Shown: positions 19,742 through 29,037 of the stretch, piece after piece | Position numbering within the stretch: position 1 is the first letter of the stretch | How the letters are laid out: each line of letters starts with the position of its first letter | NCBI GenBank assembly: GCA_015523565.1 | Contig: WAKA01000207.1 | Coordinates: 1-57,654 of the forward strand | DNA: 57,654 nucleotides | Direction: 5' to 3' | DNA from: Candidatus Heimdallarchaeota archaeon | GTDB taxonomy: Archaea; Asgardarchaeota; Heimdallarchaeia; Heimdallarchaeales; Kariarchaeaceae | Notes under the pieces: generated by a model | Seen by the model: the letters and a program-made list of their open reading frames with translations, nothing else | What the model was told of the DNA's origin: nothing | Databases searched by the model: none | Program-made: the position numbers and the translations under genes

Positions 19742-19787
19742 TTGTTTGATATTTTTCTTCTGTTTAAGATTTATTTATGAGACAAGC

Positions 19788-20615
19788 TTATTTTACAACC
19801 TTAAAATTCAGCGTACCCACATTTTCCACTCCACAGCTAACGTAGTCTCCAATGTTTAAGGTTGCTTTTGGTTCCATATAATATCCGACACCCGAAGGTG
19901 TCCCTGTCAAGACTACGTCTCCAGGATATAATGTTATTGCCTCTGTAATAAATGCAAGAAGTTCTCCAATGGGATAAATCATTTGCGATGTATTGGCCCT
20001 TTGCCTCTCTTCACCATTGACTTTCAGCCATATCTCCAAATCCTGTAGATTATTCAATTCATCAATAGTGACGATGTATGGTCCAATTGGGAGACTGCCA
20101 TCAAATGCCTTTCCCCTTGTCCATTGTTTTTCTGATTTTTGGACATCCCGCATTGTCAAATCATTTGCAACAGTGACACCAAACAAATAATTTTCAAAAT
20201 CTTCTTTGACGTTTGTCATCTTTTTCCCAATTATAACTGCTAATTCGACTTCATAGTCCAAATATTTGCCATGTCTAGGAAACTTTACTCCTGAATTATG
20301 TCCTATCATGTTTGAAGGGTATTTTGAGAAAAGCAATGGTTTTTCTTCTGGCTTTTTCCCCTGTTCTGTAATATGTTCCATATAATTCCTTCCCACACAG
20401 ACAATCTTTCCTGGACGGTAAATCGGTGGAAGCCATTTTACGTCCTTTAGGTCTGTTTTTTCTGAAACTTGTACCTTCTCAAAAAAGTCCTGATCTCCCA
20501 AAAATCTTTCGTACCCCTCATCATTCCTAATTTTCCCTTCAATGAAATGAAAGGATTTGCCGTTGTTCAATACATATTTTTCCTTTCCGTTTATCTCAAC
20601 TCTACCTATCTTCAT
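19788..20615 (-). CDS. Fumarylacetoacetate hydrolase family protein
   Basis: KIVCVGRNY..H, DYEVELAV, ANDLTMRD, GKAFDG, LTGTPSGVG. Confidence 0.93.
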   Translation of the reverse strand: MKIGRVEINGKEKYVLNNGKSFHFIEGKIRNDEGYERFLGDQDFFEKVQVSEKTDLKDVKWLPPIYRPGKIVCVGRNYMEHITEQGKKPEEKPLLFSKYPSNMIGHNSGVKFPRHGKYLDYEVELAVIIGKKMTNVKEDFENYLFGVTVANDLTMRDVQKSEKQWTRGKAFDGSLPIGPYIVTIDELNNLQDLEIWLKVNGEERQRANTSQMIYPIGELLAFITEAITLYPGDVVLTGTPSGVGYYMEPKATLNIGDYVSCGVENVGTLNFKVVK

Positions 20616-20657
20616 TGATTTATGACCAATTTTGCCTTAAAATAATTTTAGAAACAA

Positions 20658-22880
20658 CTAAAACAATAAACTCAATATGAATAAATTGTAGGCGATGTGA
20701 ATTGCAATTGGAAAATAAACTGATCCTGTTTTCTCCCTTAATGTTGAGAAAATCAAACCAGCAATGAATGCATTAACTAAAGAAACAATGGACAGCGGGT
20801 GTAGCATTGCAAATAACACACTTGAACCCACTATTGCCATCAATCTACTGGATTTTTCTTTCAAAAATCGAAATAGAAATTCCCTGAAGAACAATTCTTC
20901 AGATATTGTTGAAATCAAAACAAAAAGGACTGCAAAGCTTATCGGAAATTTTTGAATATCTGGAAAATTCAGTGTTTGGATATACGGTGCAAGTGCAATA
21001 AGCAAGATTGAAGCTGTCACTATTTGCAATAAAAGAGCCAAACCAGCGTATACAATATTTCTTTTTGATATTCTTCCCCTTTCAATTCCTTTTTGGCGAA
21101 AATAGAAAAATGGTATGATCAATGTTGTAAAGGTGGTAATAAGAAATTGTCCCGTGTTGTCGTTTGTAAGAAAGAAATATATGCTACTAAACGATGGCAA
21201 GACGATCCATCCTGCAATGGTAATGATGAACGCTAAAAAAAAGGTTCTGATTTTTTCAGATAATGGTCCCGAAAGTGTTTCTAAATCCATTTCTTCCAAA
21301 GAAATCATGCCAATGACCAAAAAAATCCCCCCAAAAATCAGAATGATAACCAGAAACCTTACAATATCCAAATTAATTTCAGTATTCCTGACTATTGATG
21401 TCACAGGAACAACAGCAATGGAAAAACTCAACCCATAAAAAATAATAAGATTAATGAAATTTGTTAGGTCTTCTTCATTATCTGAGGGATTGATCAAAAA
21501 AATCCCCATTACACATGCAGTCAATGATATTATTACAACAGCAAGTATTACACTTATTTTTGCAAGATCCAGAATTGGTGCATATTCCATGAATGCTAAA
21601 ATAATGAGTATTGTCGCAAAAATCGGGACCTCTAAGGTAACCAATTGAAGAAACTTTGCAATCACAAATTTTCTTGGTCCATTTGGTGCCGATTTAATTA
21701 CCTCTAAGAATGATTTTTGTTGTACTGTGAAATTTGCGGCTTCTATGAAGACAATTGTTGAACCCGATACAATCAACGTAAATAGCAGTATTCCATTTTC
21801 AATGTCTCCGTTAAATTGTTGGGACTGTCTAAATAATCCCTCCTTTGAAAATGCAAAAAGCATGAAAATCGTCACTGCGATTCCCATTGTCAATCTTGAC
21901 AAATTTTCAATGTCTCGTAATGACGAATACAAAAGATTCCGAAAAACAATCCTGATGGATTGATCGGGAATGATTTGTATTACTTTTTCAAAAATTTTTT
22001 TGGGTCTGCTTTTATTGACGGTTGTTACCGTTGTAGAAGAGATATCCTCCCAATCATAAAGCCTTGATGCAAATATCCCCCCAAAAAATATCAGTCCTGA
22101 AATCATTGTAATCAAGAGAATGGATGCATAAGTTATGTTTAGTCCAATTTCAATACCATAAATACCATATACAATTAATGTGCTGGCAAGTATGAATGGC
22201 AGGTAAGCAAAAATCCCTAAATCCGCTCCTTTATCTGCAAGATCAAGAAGCATTCGCAGGAAAGGCAATGCAGTCATCATGACAAGGGATATCATAAGTG
22301 TGACAAATGCTCTAGCAACTTCTGTTTTTCTTTTTGCAACAAATCGAAAGAGAATTGGGGTAAGTAACGTTCCCGCAATTAATCCCAATAATATCAAAAG
22401 AAACAGCCCCAAAAAAATAAAAAATGTGGATTTCCATACTGGTTGATTTGAAATGCCTGTAAATGGGAGTAAAGAAAATGTTCCAACAAGGATATAGAAT
22501 GGTAGAAAGAATACTAAATTTGCCAAAGAATTTCCCACCAATATTTCCAATGGCTTTATTGGACTTGCCATGGCAACTTCTCTGCGTGATTGTGCGCTTC
22601 CATCATAAACTGACCTCCCCAATGGACTCACAAATGGTCCTATGAATGTGAAAAATGAGAACATACTGATTATTGCAAAAAAATCCCCAATTGGTGGCGC
22701 CGTTTGTTCTCCGATTAATTCATTCCTATTCAGATAATTGATTACAATTCTTATAAAGAAAGAGAAGAATAAAACTCCTGAAATAAAAGATATGGGTATC
22801 CATTTCCTTATTGATCTAAAACGTGCAGTGGTTGTAAAATATTCTGCCTTGAAAACAGCTAGCCATCTTTTTGTCCTCAA
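20658..22880 (-). CDS. Multi-TM ABC-exporter permease fused to a C-terminal CPBP/Abi (Rce1-like) glutamic protease
   Basis: Two permease-like halves; EELFFR, FAMLH, HIAYN motifs; overlaps the ABC ATPase gene. Confidence 0.78.
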   Translation of the reverse strand: MRTKRWLAVFKAEYFTTTARFRSIRKWIPISFISGVLFFSFFIRIVINYLNRNELIGEQTAPPIGDFFAIISMFSFFTFIGPFVSPLGRSVYDGSAQSRREVAMASPIKPLEILVGNSLANLVFFLPFYILVGTFSLLPFTGISNQPVWKSTFFIFLGLFLLILLGLIAGTLLTPILFRFVAKRKTEVARAFVTLMISLVMMTALPFLRMLLDLADKGADLGIFAYLPFILASTLIVYGIYGIEIGLNITYASILLITMISGLIFFGGIFASRLYDWEDISSTTVTTVNKSRPKKIFEKVIQIIPDQSIRIVFRNLLYSSLRDIENLSRLTMGIAVTIFMLFAFSKEGLFRQSQQFNGDIENGILLFTLIVSGSTIVFIEAANFTVQQKSFLEVIKSAPNGPRKFVIAKFLQLVTLEVPIFATILIILAFMEYAPILDLAKISVILAVVIISLTACVMGIFLINPSDNEEDLTNFINLIIFYGLSFSIAVVPVTSIVRNTEINLDIVRFLVIILIFGGIFLVIGMISLEEMDLETLSGPLSEKIRTFFLAFIITIAGWIVLPSFSSIYFFLTNDNTGQFLITTFTTLIIPFFYFRQKGIERGRISKRNIVYAGLALLLQIVTASILLIALAPYIQTLNFPDIQKFPISFAVLFVLISTISEELFFREFLFRFLKEKSSRLMAIVGSSVLFAMLHPLSIVSLVNAFIAGLIFSTLREKTGSVYFPIAIHIAYNLFILSLLF

Positions 22881-23608
22881 TTTCTCTCCTCCAAAAAAAA
22901 GCTTAGATAGGCTTTCTCCATACTCTCTTCAGTTCCTAAAAACTCACTGACTGTTCCCGTGAACAATATTCTTCCCTCTGAAATTATTGAAATGGTGTCA
23001 CATAACTCAAAAACATTCTCCAGAAGATGTGTGGCAATAATAATGACCTTCTCTTCCTGTTTGTATTGCTTGATGATTTCTTTGACTTTAATTTGTGCAA
23101 CAACATCCAAGTTTGCCATTGGTTCATCTAAGAGCAAAACTTTAGGGTCATGAATGAGTGATGCAATTAATGCGACTTTTTGTTTTTGACCTTTAGACAG
23201 GGTTTCAATTAATCTTCCCTGGAATTTTTCCATGCCTAATTCTTTTGAGAGAAATCGCAATTTTCTTTCTATAGTGATTGGATTAACTTCATACAAGGCA
23301 CCAATAAACTCAATATATTCCTGAACACTCAGTTTTTCATAAAGGGCTGTCTCTTCAGGTAATAGTCCTGTAATTTTTTTCACCTCATTTCGTTCCTCGA
23401 TTAAATCATGTCCATAAATTCTTCCAAACCCTGTTGACGGTCTCATAACCCCTGAAATGAGTCTAAGCAATGTGGACTTTCCAGCCCCGTTTGGACCAAT
23501 CAATCCTACAATGTGACCACTAGGAAGTTCCAAGGTTACATCTCTTAGTGCATATGTGTCCCCAAACTTTTTTGATATGCCCTTAAATACAATGGCTTGA
23601 TCCTGCAA
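22877..23608 (-). CDS. ABC transporter ATP-binding protein
   Basis: GPNGAGKST, LSKGQKQK, LLLDEP, ATH. Confidence 0.95.
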   Translation of the reverse strand: MQDQAIVFKGISKKFGDTYALRDVTLELPSGHIVGLIGPNGAGKSTLLRLISGVMRPSTGFGRIYGHDLIEERNEVKKITGLLPEETALYEKLSVQEYIEFIGALYEVNPITIERKLRFLSKELGMEKFQGRLIETLSKGQKQKVALIASLIHDPKVLLLDEPMANLDVVAQIKVKEIIKQYKQEEKVIIIATHLLENVFELCDTISIISEGRILFTGTVSEFLGTEESMEKAYLSFFLEERN

Positions 23609-24005
23609 TTGTCATTATATTATTTTCTTAGCTTTATAATTGTTCCTTCTGTTTTTCTACTATCTCCCTATAATTAATTAAAGCTCTCTTGCCTTGTTTT
23701 TATCTGCATGTCTCTGTTTTCCATATGTGTATTGTTGTGGGAAAAATATATTTTCGCACTTGTTCCTTTATTACAACCCTTTTAATTTACACTACTTTCG
23801 CCACATTTTCATACAAATAGTGTGCATTTATACACTGCCGCTGAAACCGCAGAATTTTCATGATTGGGGTGTTCTAACTGGCGTTGCACTCGTAAAATAT
23901 TTATTATTTTAAGGGATAAATATCTATTGAATTCTAAATACTTATATTGAAGGAATCCCTATAAAATCTTAGATTAGAGGCAATTTTACGCCGATAAGGA
24001 AAGGT

Positions 24006-24776
24006 TTGGGGCTTATGTTGAATCAAATATTTAAACGGGATGCTGAAGGAATCCCTACAATCAAGCTTGTTATTTTCGGACCTTCTTTGGCTGGAAAGAC
24101 TTCTTTGCTATCCATATATTCCATTTTAAAGAAGGTTGAATCTCCTGAGCAGGTCTATTCTGATCTAAAAAAGATAGAAGATCCCAGCGGAAGGACTGCT
24201 TTGTTTGATCAATCGGTATTTGAACTACCAAAGGGTCAAGGAACTGCACTGCCATTGATGAGATATGCACTTTATTCTGTTGCAGGACAGGATCGATACA
24301 AAGAGACCCGGAAAGTTGTCCTAAGGGGAACAGACGGATTGATGATCATGCTTGACCCTTCAATTGAACAATATGATTCCAATAAGGCGTCATTGGAGGA
24401 ATTAATGGAGTTATTGGGTGATCAATTAAAAAACAACGAACTTCCATGGATACTGGTTGTCAATAAAATGGATCTTCCACAAGAACAGCGAACCAGCACG
24501 GAAGATATCATGAAACTTATGATTGAGGTTGGTCTTGTGGAAAATATTGGGGAAGCATATCAAAAGCTTCATGAAATGTCCTGCCTTCAAGCAAGAGACG
24601 ATTTGCTTGCTATGCCCAAACGTGCAGATTGGAAAGAGCTATTGGACACCAGTGGAAGACTAAGGAGGGATGCAAGACCCGAATCTGTTATAAGGGCCGC
24701 TGCTCCTATTGAAAACCTTACTAGACTTGTAATCGAGCATAAAATCCGGAAAATTAAAGAACAAGTCAAGAAATGA
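24006..24776 (+). CDS. Small GTPase, MglA-like
   Basis: G1 GPSLAGKT, RTALFD, G3 SVAGQ, G4 NKMD, G5 SC. Confidence 0.85.
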   Translation: MGLMLNQIFKRDAEGIPTIKLVIFGPSLAGKTSLLSIYSILKKVESPEQVYSDLKKIEDPSGRTALFDQSVFELPKGQGTALPLMRYALYSVAGQDRYKETRKVVLRGTDGLMIMLDPSIEQYDSNKASLEELMELLGDQLKNNELPWILVVNKMDLPQEQRTSTEDIMKLMIEVGLVENIGEAYQKLHEMSCLQARDDLLAMPKRADWKELLDTSGRLRRDARPESVIRAAAPIENLTRLVIEHKIRKIKEQVKK

Positions 24777-25425
24777 CTTTTGTTCCTGTCTCTGTAATTA
24801 ATTTTATAGGTTTGCTTCCAAGCTTGAAAATTCCTGTCTCTACAATTCCTGGTATTTGGCGGCAATTTTTCTCAAATTGTTCAAAATTTATGCTCGTATT
24901 GTCATACTTAATGTCAAATATCCAATTCCCATTGTCTGTAGTGAACGGGATGCCTGACCTTGTCATCCTTAGGGAAATGTCTTCGATACCCTTTTGATCT
25001 AATAATATGTCTCTTACAATTAAATATGAAAATGGGATGATTTCAATCGGCAAAGGAAAATTGAGCTGATCCACTAGCTTTTTATCTTCTGATACAATGA
25101 TGACTTGCTTTGCAGCATTCCATAATATTTTTTCACGTGTCAACGCACCCCCTCCCCCTTTAATTGCAATATGTTTTGTTAGGGATATTTGATCCGCCCC
25201 ATCAATATATACTTCAATATTTCTAGGGAATGGGTTTTCTTTAATTCCTCTTTTGATAAATTCTAGACTGGTCATTGACGATGCTGAAAAAAACTCTGCC
25301 TTTTTTTCTTTTTCCAATAACAAAATAACTTGGGCAATGGTCGTGCCACTTCCAATGCCTATGTTTCCAAATTTGTTGATTTCATCCTGTACTTTCCTTG
25401 CAATTTCTTTCTTTGGATTCTTCAC
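24766..25425 (-). CDS. rpiA: Ribose-5-phosphate isomerase A
   Basis: GIGSGTT, IDGADQ, KGGGGALTREK, TDNGN, PGIVETG. Confidence 0.95.
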   Translation of the reverse strand: MKNPKKEIARKVQDEINKFGNIGIGSGTTIAQVILLLEKEKKAEFFSASSMTSLEFIKRGIKENPFPRNIEVYIDGADQISLTKHIAIKGGGGALTREKILWNAAKQVIIVSEDKKLVDQLNFPLPIEIIPFSYLIVRDILLDQKGIEDISLRMTRSGIPFTTDNGNWIFDIKYDNTSINFEQFEKNCRQIPGIVETGIFKLGSKPIKLITETGTKVIS

Positions 25426-25458
25426 ATCTCAAATTATTTCTTTCGAATATATTAGTTA

Positions 25459-26499
25459 TTATTGCTCTTCTTCTTCATTAATATACTTCTTTAACCTTGC
25501 CAACTCTTTTAACATGTCCATCCTTAATGCTGCAATGCTTGTTGTTTTTGCAAATTTGGAATCATCTGCATGTGCCTTTTGAATACTGGGCTGTGTTGCA
25601 CTTGGCATTGCAGGGGGTTGTGGCGTTGGAATGGATGCCTTTGTTGGTGGTTGTGGAGCTGGGATGGATGATCGTGCTGGTGGCTGTGGCGTTGGAGTGG
25701 ATGACTGTGTCGGTGGTTGTGGAGCTGGGATGGATGATCGTGCTGGTGGCTGTGGAGCTGGGATGGATGATCGTGCTGGTGGCTGTGGAGCTGGGATGGA
25801 TGACTGTGCCGGTGGCTGTGGAGCTGGGATGGATGATCGTGCCGGTGGCTGTGGAGCTGGGATGGATGATCGTGCCGGTGGCTGTGGAGCTGGGATGGAT
25901 GATCGTGCTGGTGGTTGTGGGGCTGGAATGGATGACCGTGCTGATGGTTGTGGGGCTGGTGCAGATTGTTGTACTGGTGTACTTTTTGAAGTTTCAAAGA
26001 TTTCCTTAACTGTTTTTGTTCTTCTTGGTACAAATGGGTCTTGTTCCAATCTTGATTGCAAGTCTGCTTCAAGATCCGAGAAATCTTCTTCTTCTACTTT
26101 TTCTTCTAGCAAAATGATTCCTGGTTTACTGGCTAATTCTTCCAATGATTGCTGAAGAAGTAAGATGTCTCCTTGGATTAATTTCTTTGCTTTAACAAAT
26201 CCACTGGTTGAAATCAAATTTTCTTCTCTTGCTTCTTCAATAAATTCAAGCATGTCTTCTAATGCCTCTTTTTCGGCTTGATATGCAATTGCTCTGTCTT
26301 GGTCAATTGTTAAAGATGTTGCAATGCTAAATGCAGAACTTGGTTTTCCGCTTGTCTGTGTTCGTCTTCCTTTGCTAACGAAAAATTTGGAGAATACAAT
26401 TGCCAACACTACCGCAAAAATTCCAAAAATGATAAAAGCCTTCATTCCAACACTAACGCCTTCAGGTGGAAGTGCATTTAATTGATCGTCTGGAAACAT
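25459..26499 (-). CDS. Single-TM protein with steadiness-box-like (Vps23/37 ESCRT-I) segment, Pro-rich repeats and C-terminal amphipathic helix
   Basis: TM at aa 21-41; AEKEALEDMLEFIEEAREENLISTSGFVK; (PAPQPPARSSI)n; ALRMDMLKELARLKK. Confidence 0.65.
   Translation of the reverse strand: MFPDDQLNALPPEGVSVGMKAFIIFGIFAVVLAIVFSKFFVSKGRRTQTSGKPSSAFSIATSLTIDQDRAIAYQAEKEALEDMLEFIEEAREENLISTSGFVKAKKLIQGDILLLQQSLEELASKPGIILLEEKVEEEDFSDLEADLQSRLEQDPFVPRRTKTVKEIFETSKSTPVQQSAPAPQPSARSSIPAPQPPARSSIPAPQPPARSSIPAPQPPARSSIPAPQPPAQSSIPAPQPPARSSIPAPQPPARSSIPAPQPPTQSSTPTPQPPARSSIPAPQPPTKASIPTPQPPAMPSATQPSIQKAHADDSKFAKTTSIAALRMDMLKELARLKKYINEEEEQ
25597..25959 (-). repeat. 33-bp coding tandem repeat, about 11 copies (PAPQPPARSSI)
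   Basis: Unit ggagctgggatggatgatcgtgctggtggctgt on + strand; near-identical central copies, degenerate ends. Confidence 0.95.
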
Positions 26500-26598
26500 G
26501 GTTTCACCTTTTCTTTAAATTAGTTGTGATTTTAACGTTATTAAGTATTCCTAACTTACATAAGCTGGTTTCTCGAATTATTTTCACAGATTATAAAT

Positions 26599-27282
26599 TC
26601 ATAGACCTGGAAAATATATGTTTTCCTCATCTACTATGATTAAACCTAAGTTTTCCAGTTGTTCTATTGTTTTTTCAACACGTTCTTTATTCCATCCTGT
26701 TACCAATTGTATTTTTTCCACATTTAACATTTCAAATCCTTTTGCAATCCTCAATAGTTCGTTGGAATCCTCATTTAGTTCAACAGGGATAAATTGGACT
26801 ATCTTCTTTTCCTTGTCAATAAACCCTGGGATCAACTTGTTCTTCTCAAGAATCTCTATAGCTTCTGGAATATCTTTTTCGCGTAGTTTCCAATTGCTTC
26901 TTGTTTTTGAAAAGTGATCCTGTAATTTCTCAATGCTTATAATTCCTCCTGTTTCATTCTTTAGTTCTTCAGTTCCTATCAACAATAGTTCTCGAGAAAG
27001 GATTTGAAGGAATTCCCCTCTTTTAAATCTAGGGGATGTTATCTTTCCTGATGTTCCTACAAATGCAGATAAACCCGCTTTTTCTCGTAATTTAGTCACC
27101 CTTTCTTTTATTTTTCGTGACCTAAACACAGATTGACTTTTGTCATCTTCAATTTTTTGCACACCATTTTTCAGAATTGCTGTTTTCTTTTCTTTCGCAT
27201 CTTTCTCAATGTTCAAAAGGCTCTGCGCAAAGTTTTCCATCGCCTTTTTTTTGTCGTCATTTGAATCTTCCATCTTTCTCAA
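26599..27282 (-). CDS. ESCRT-II EAP30-domain (Vps22/Vps36-like) tandem winged-helix protein
   Basis: F...LSREL, TGGIISIEKL, DI.EAI..L, VQFIPVELNED, GWNKERV...IEQL...GL..VD....YFP resemble recalled SNF8/Vps22. Confidence 0.85.
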   Translation of the reverse strand: MRKMEDSNDDKKKAMENFAQSLLNIEKDAKEKKTAILKNGVQKIEDDKSQSVFRSRKIKERVTKLREKAGLSAFVGTSGKITSPRFKRGEFLQILSRELLLIGTEELKNETGGIISIEKLQDHFSKTRSNWKLREKDIPEAIEILEKNKLIPGFIDKEKKIVQFIPVELNEDSNELLRIAKGFEMLNVEKIQLVTGWNKERVEKTIEQLENLGLIIVDEENIYFPGL

Positions 27283-27336
27283 TTTCTTTGTAGGGAAACT
27301 CCTTAAAAAACCATTCTAGATTTCCATATCTTTTTT

Positions 27337-27987
27337 TCAAAGATTTTTTAAAGCCTCTTCAACCAATCTTGTAAATTCTTCCGTATAAATGTCTTCGATA
27401 GGTTTTGTATTCGGTTTTGGAAGATCTGTCTTAAGTTTTTGAATGGTTTTCCCACTTGAATCTTTGACCATGATGTCCAAATTCCTGAATTCTGTCTTTT
27501 CCAATTCTTCAAGAGCCTCCTCAATCAACTTTGTAAATTCATCATCCTCTGAATGAATCGTTTCTGGTTCTTTTTCCTCGGTAATAAATTTCCCCAAACC
27601 TCCTTTGGCAAGGTCGTGAAGTGAAGCCTCTTCAAGGTCTGGGTGTTTCTGGTGTGACATCACTTCATGCAATGATATTATTGGCTCTTCATCAATTGTC
27701 TCTGCAAGAATGGGTTCTTTTGTGACAAATTTTTGTAATAACCTCCCCTGTTCAACAATAAGTCCTTTGAGGTTTTCAATTTCTTCAATAAGTAGTTTCA
27801 TCTGCTTTGATTGTTCAATCAAAATGCTTTCTTGAGCTGGTTTTTGCTTTGCCTCCCTATGTAGATCCAAAATATATTGCTTCATTGTTTTTCCTTGCGA
27901 TATTGCCTCGTTCTTGATTTCTTTATGCAAATTCTCCGATACGTAAAAACTTATTTGTTTATTGTCTTTTCTTGGCATTCTTTTCAC
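27337..27987 (-). CDS. Ribbon-helix-helix domain protein with coiled-coil and acidic tail
   Basis: KQISFYVSENLHKEIKNEAISQGKTMKQYI is a RHH/CopG-like pattern. Confidence 0.7.
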   Translation of the reverse strand: MKRMPRKDNKQISFYVSENLHKEIKNEAISQGKTMKQYILDLHREAKQKPAQESILIEQSKQMKLLIEEIENLKGLIVEQGRLLQKFVTKEPILAETIDEEPIISLHEVMSHQKHPDLEEASLHDLAKGGLGKFITEEKEPETIHSEDDEFTKLIEEALEELEKTEFRNLDIMVKDSSGKTIQKLKTDLPKPNTKPIEDIYTEEFTRLVEEALKNL

Positions 27988-28079
27988 CTATGGTGAGTAC
28001 CCATCGGTATACTCTTTTGATTATCGCATATAAATATGTATGGATATATGGTACTCATTCTCCCCAATGAATATTCATT
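27984..28079. promoter_or_regulatory. Inverted repeats/palindromes in a divergent promoter; putative operator
   Basis: tcacc-tat-ggtga (27984-27996), tgagtacc/ggtactca pair (27994, 28050), perfect 14-bp palindrome aatgaatattcatt (28066-28079). Confidence 0.4.
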
Positions 28080-28148
28080 TTATTTTTTTATTTCATTGCA
28101 ATCTATCTCGTACAAAAGGTTTTTCTTTTTATTTTCCAACTCAATTTC

Positions 28149-28961
28149 ATGATTGGTCACAATGCCAAAGATTCTGAGAATGTAGAAAGCAGGGAAGGCA
28201 TTCAATACCATTTGAAAGTGAAGCCTGGAGACCTTGCGGATACTGTTCTTTTGCCTGGTGATCCCCATCGTGTAAAACGTATTGCTGAAATGTGGGATTC
28301 ATCAACAAAGGTTGCCGAATATAGGCAATTTGTATCATATACTGGGAAATATAGAAATACTCCTATTTCCTCTACTAGCTCTGGAATTGGTCCATCTGCT
28401 TGTGAAATTGCTCTTGCAGAACTGAAAAATGTCAATGTCAAGACAGTAATTCGGGTGGGGTCGTGTGGTGCATTGCAAGAAGACATTGAATTGGGTAGTG
28501 TTGTCATCTCCGAAGGTGCTGTAAGGCTAGAAGACACCAGTGATCATTATGTCATGAAGGAATACCCTGCAGTTGCCTCTCGAATGGTTACCAGTGCCCT
28601 TATCCAAGCTGCAGAAGAACTCAACATTCCCTACCATGTAGGGATTACAGCTACTTCCTCTTCATTCTATTGTGGACAAGGTCGTCCTGGCTGGCAAGAA
28701 TATTTACCTTCTCACAGAAAACATTTGGTGGATGATCTGGCAAAGGCAGGTGTTTTGAATTTTGAAATGGAAGCAAGTCTTCTTTTCGTAATGGGTCGAA
28801 TTTATAATATGGAGATTGGTGCAGTAAGTGCTGTATATGCAAATCGCCCTCGTAAAGAATTCGCAGTAAAGGGTGAAGAAAATGCTATTCGTGTTGCAAA
28901 CGAGGCTTCTCGGATAATTTTCGAGGAATATTCACAACGAACATCAAAATATTGGTACTAA
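28149..28961 (+). CDS. udp: Uridine/nucleoside phosphorylase
   Basis: QYHL, LLPGDPHR, SSGIGPS, IRVGSCG, FYCGQGR, NFEMEAS. Confidence 0.92.
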   Translation: MIGHNAKDSENVESREGIQYHLKVKPGDLADTVLLPGDPHRVKRIAEMWDSSTKVAEYRQFVSYTGKYRNTPISSTSSGIGPSACEIALAELKNVNVKTVIRVGSCGALQEDIELGSVVISEGAVRLEDTSDHYVMKEYPAVASRMVTSALIQAAEELNIPYHVGITATSSSFYCGQGRPGWQEYLPSHRKHLVDDLAKAGVLNFEMEASLLFVMGRIYNMEIGAVSAVYANRPRKEFAVKGEENAIRVANEASRIIFEEYSQRTSKYWY

Positions 28962-29037
28962 ACAACAAATGTCAAAATTTTCGAAGAAGCTTACTGTAAT
29001 TGGTGAAACGTTTTAGCTGTAATGTGTGGCAGTTGTA

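Noticed and set aside
23609-24005. Long intergenic region as tRNA/ncRNA or the 72-aa ORF
   Set aside because: No cloverleaf or T-loop consensus or convincing stem seen; consistent with a divergent promoter region
25497-26155. Alternative-frame and antisense ORFs (His-rich 182 aa, GGCGAGMDD 174 aa, 170 aa)
   Set aside because: By-products of a stop-free 33-bp repeat; the Pro-rich frame belongs to the longer ORF with a TM and domains
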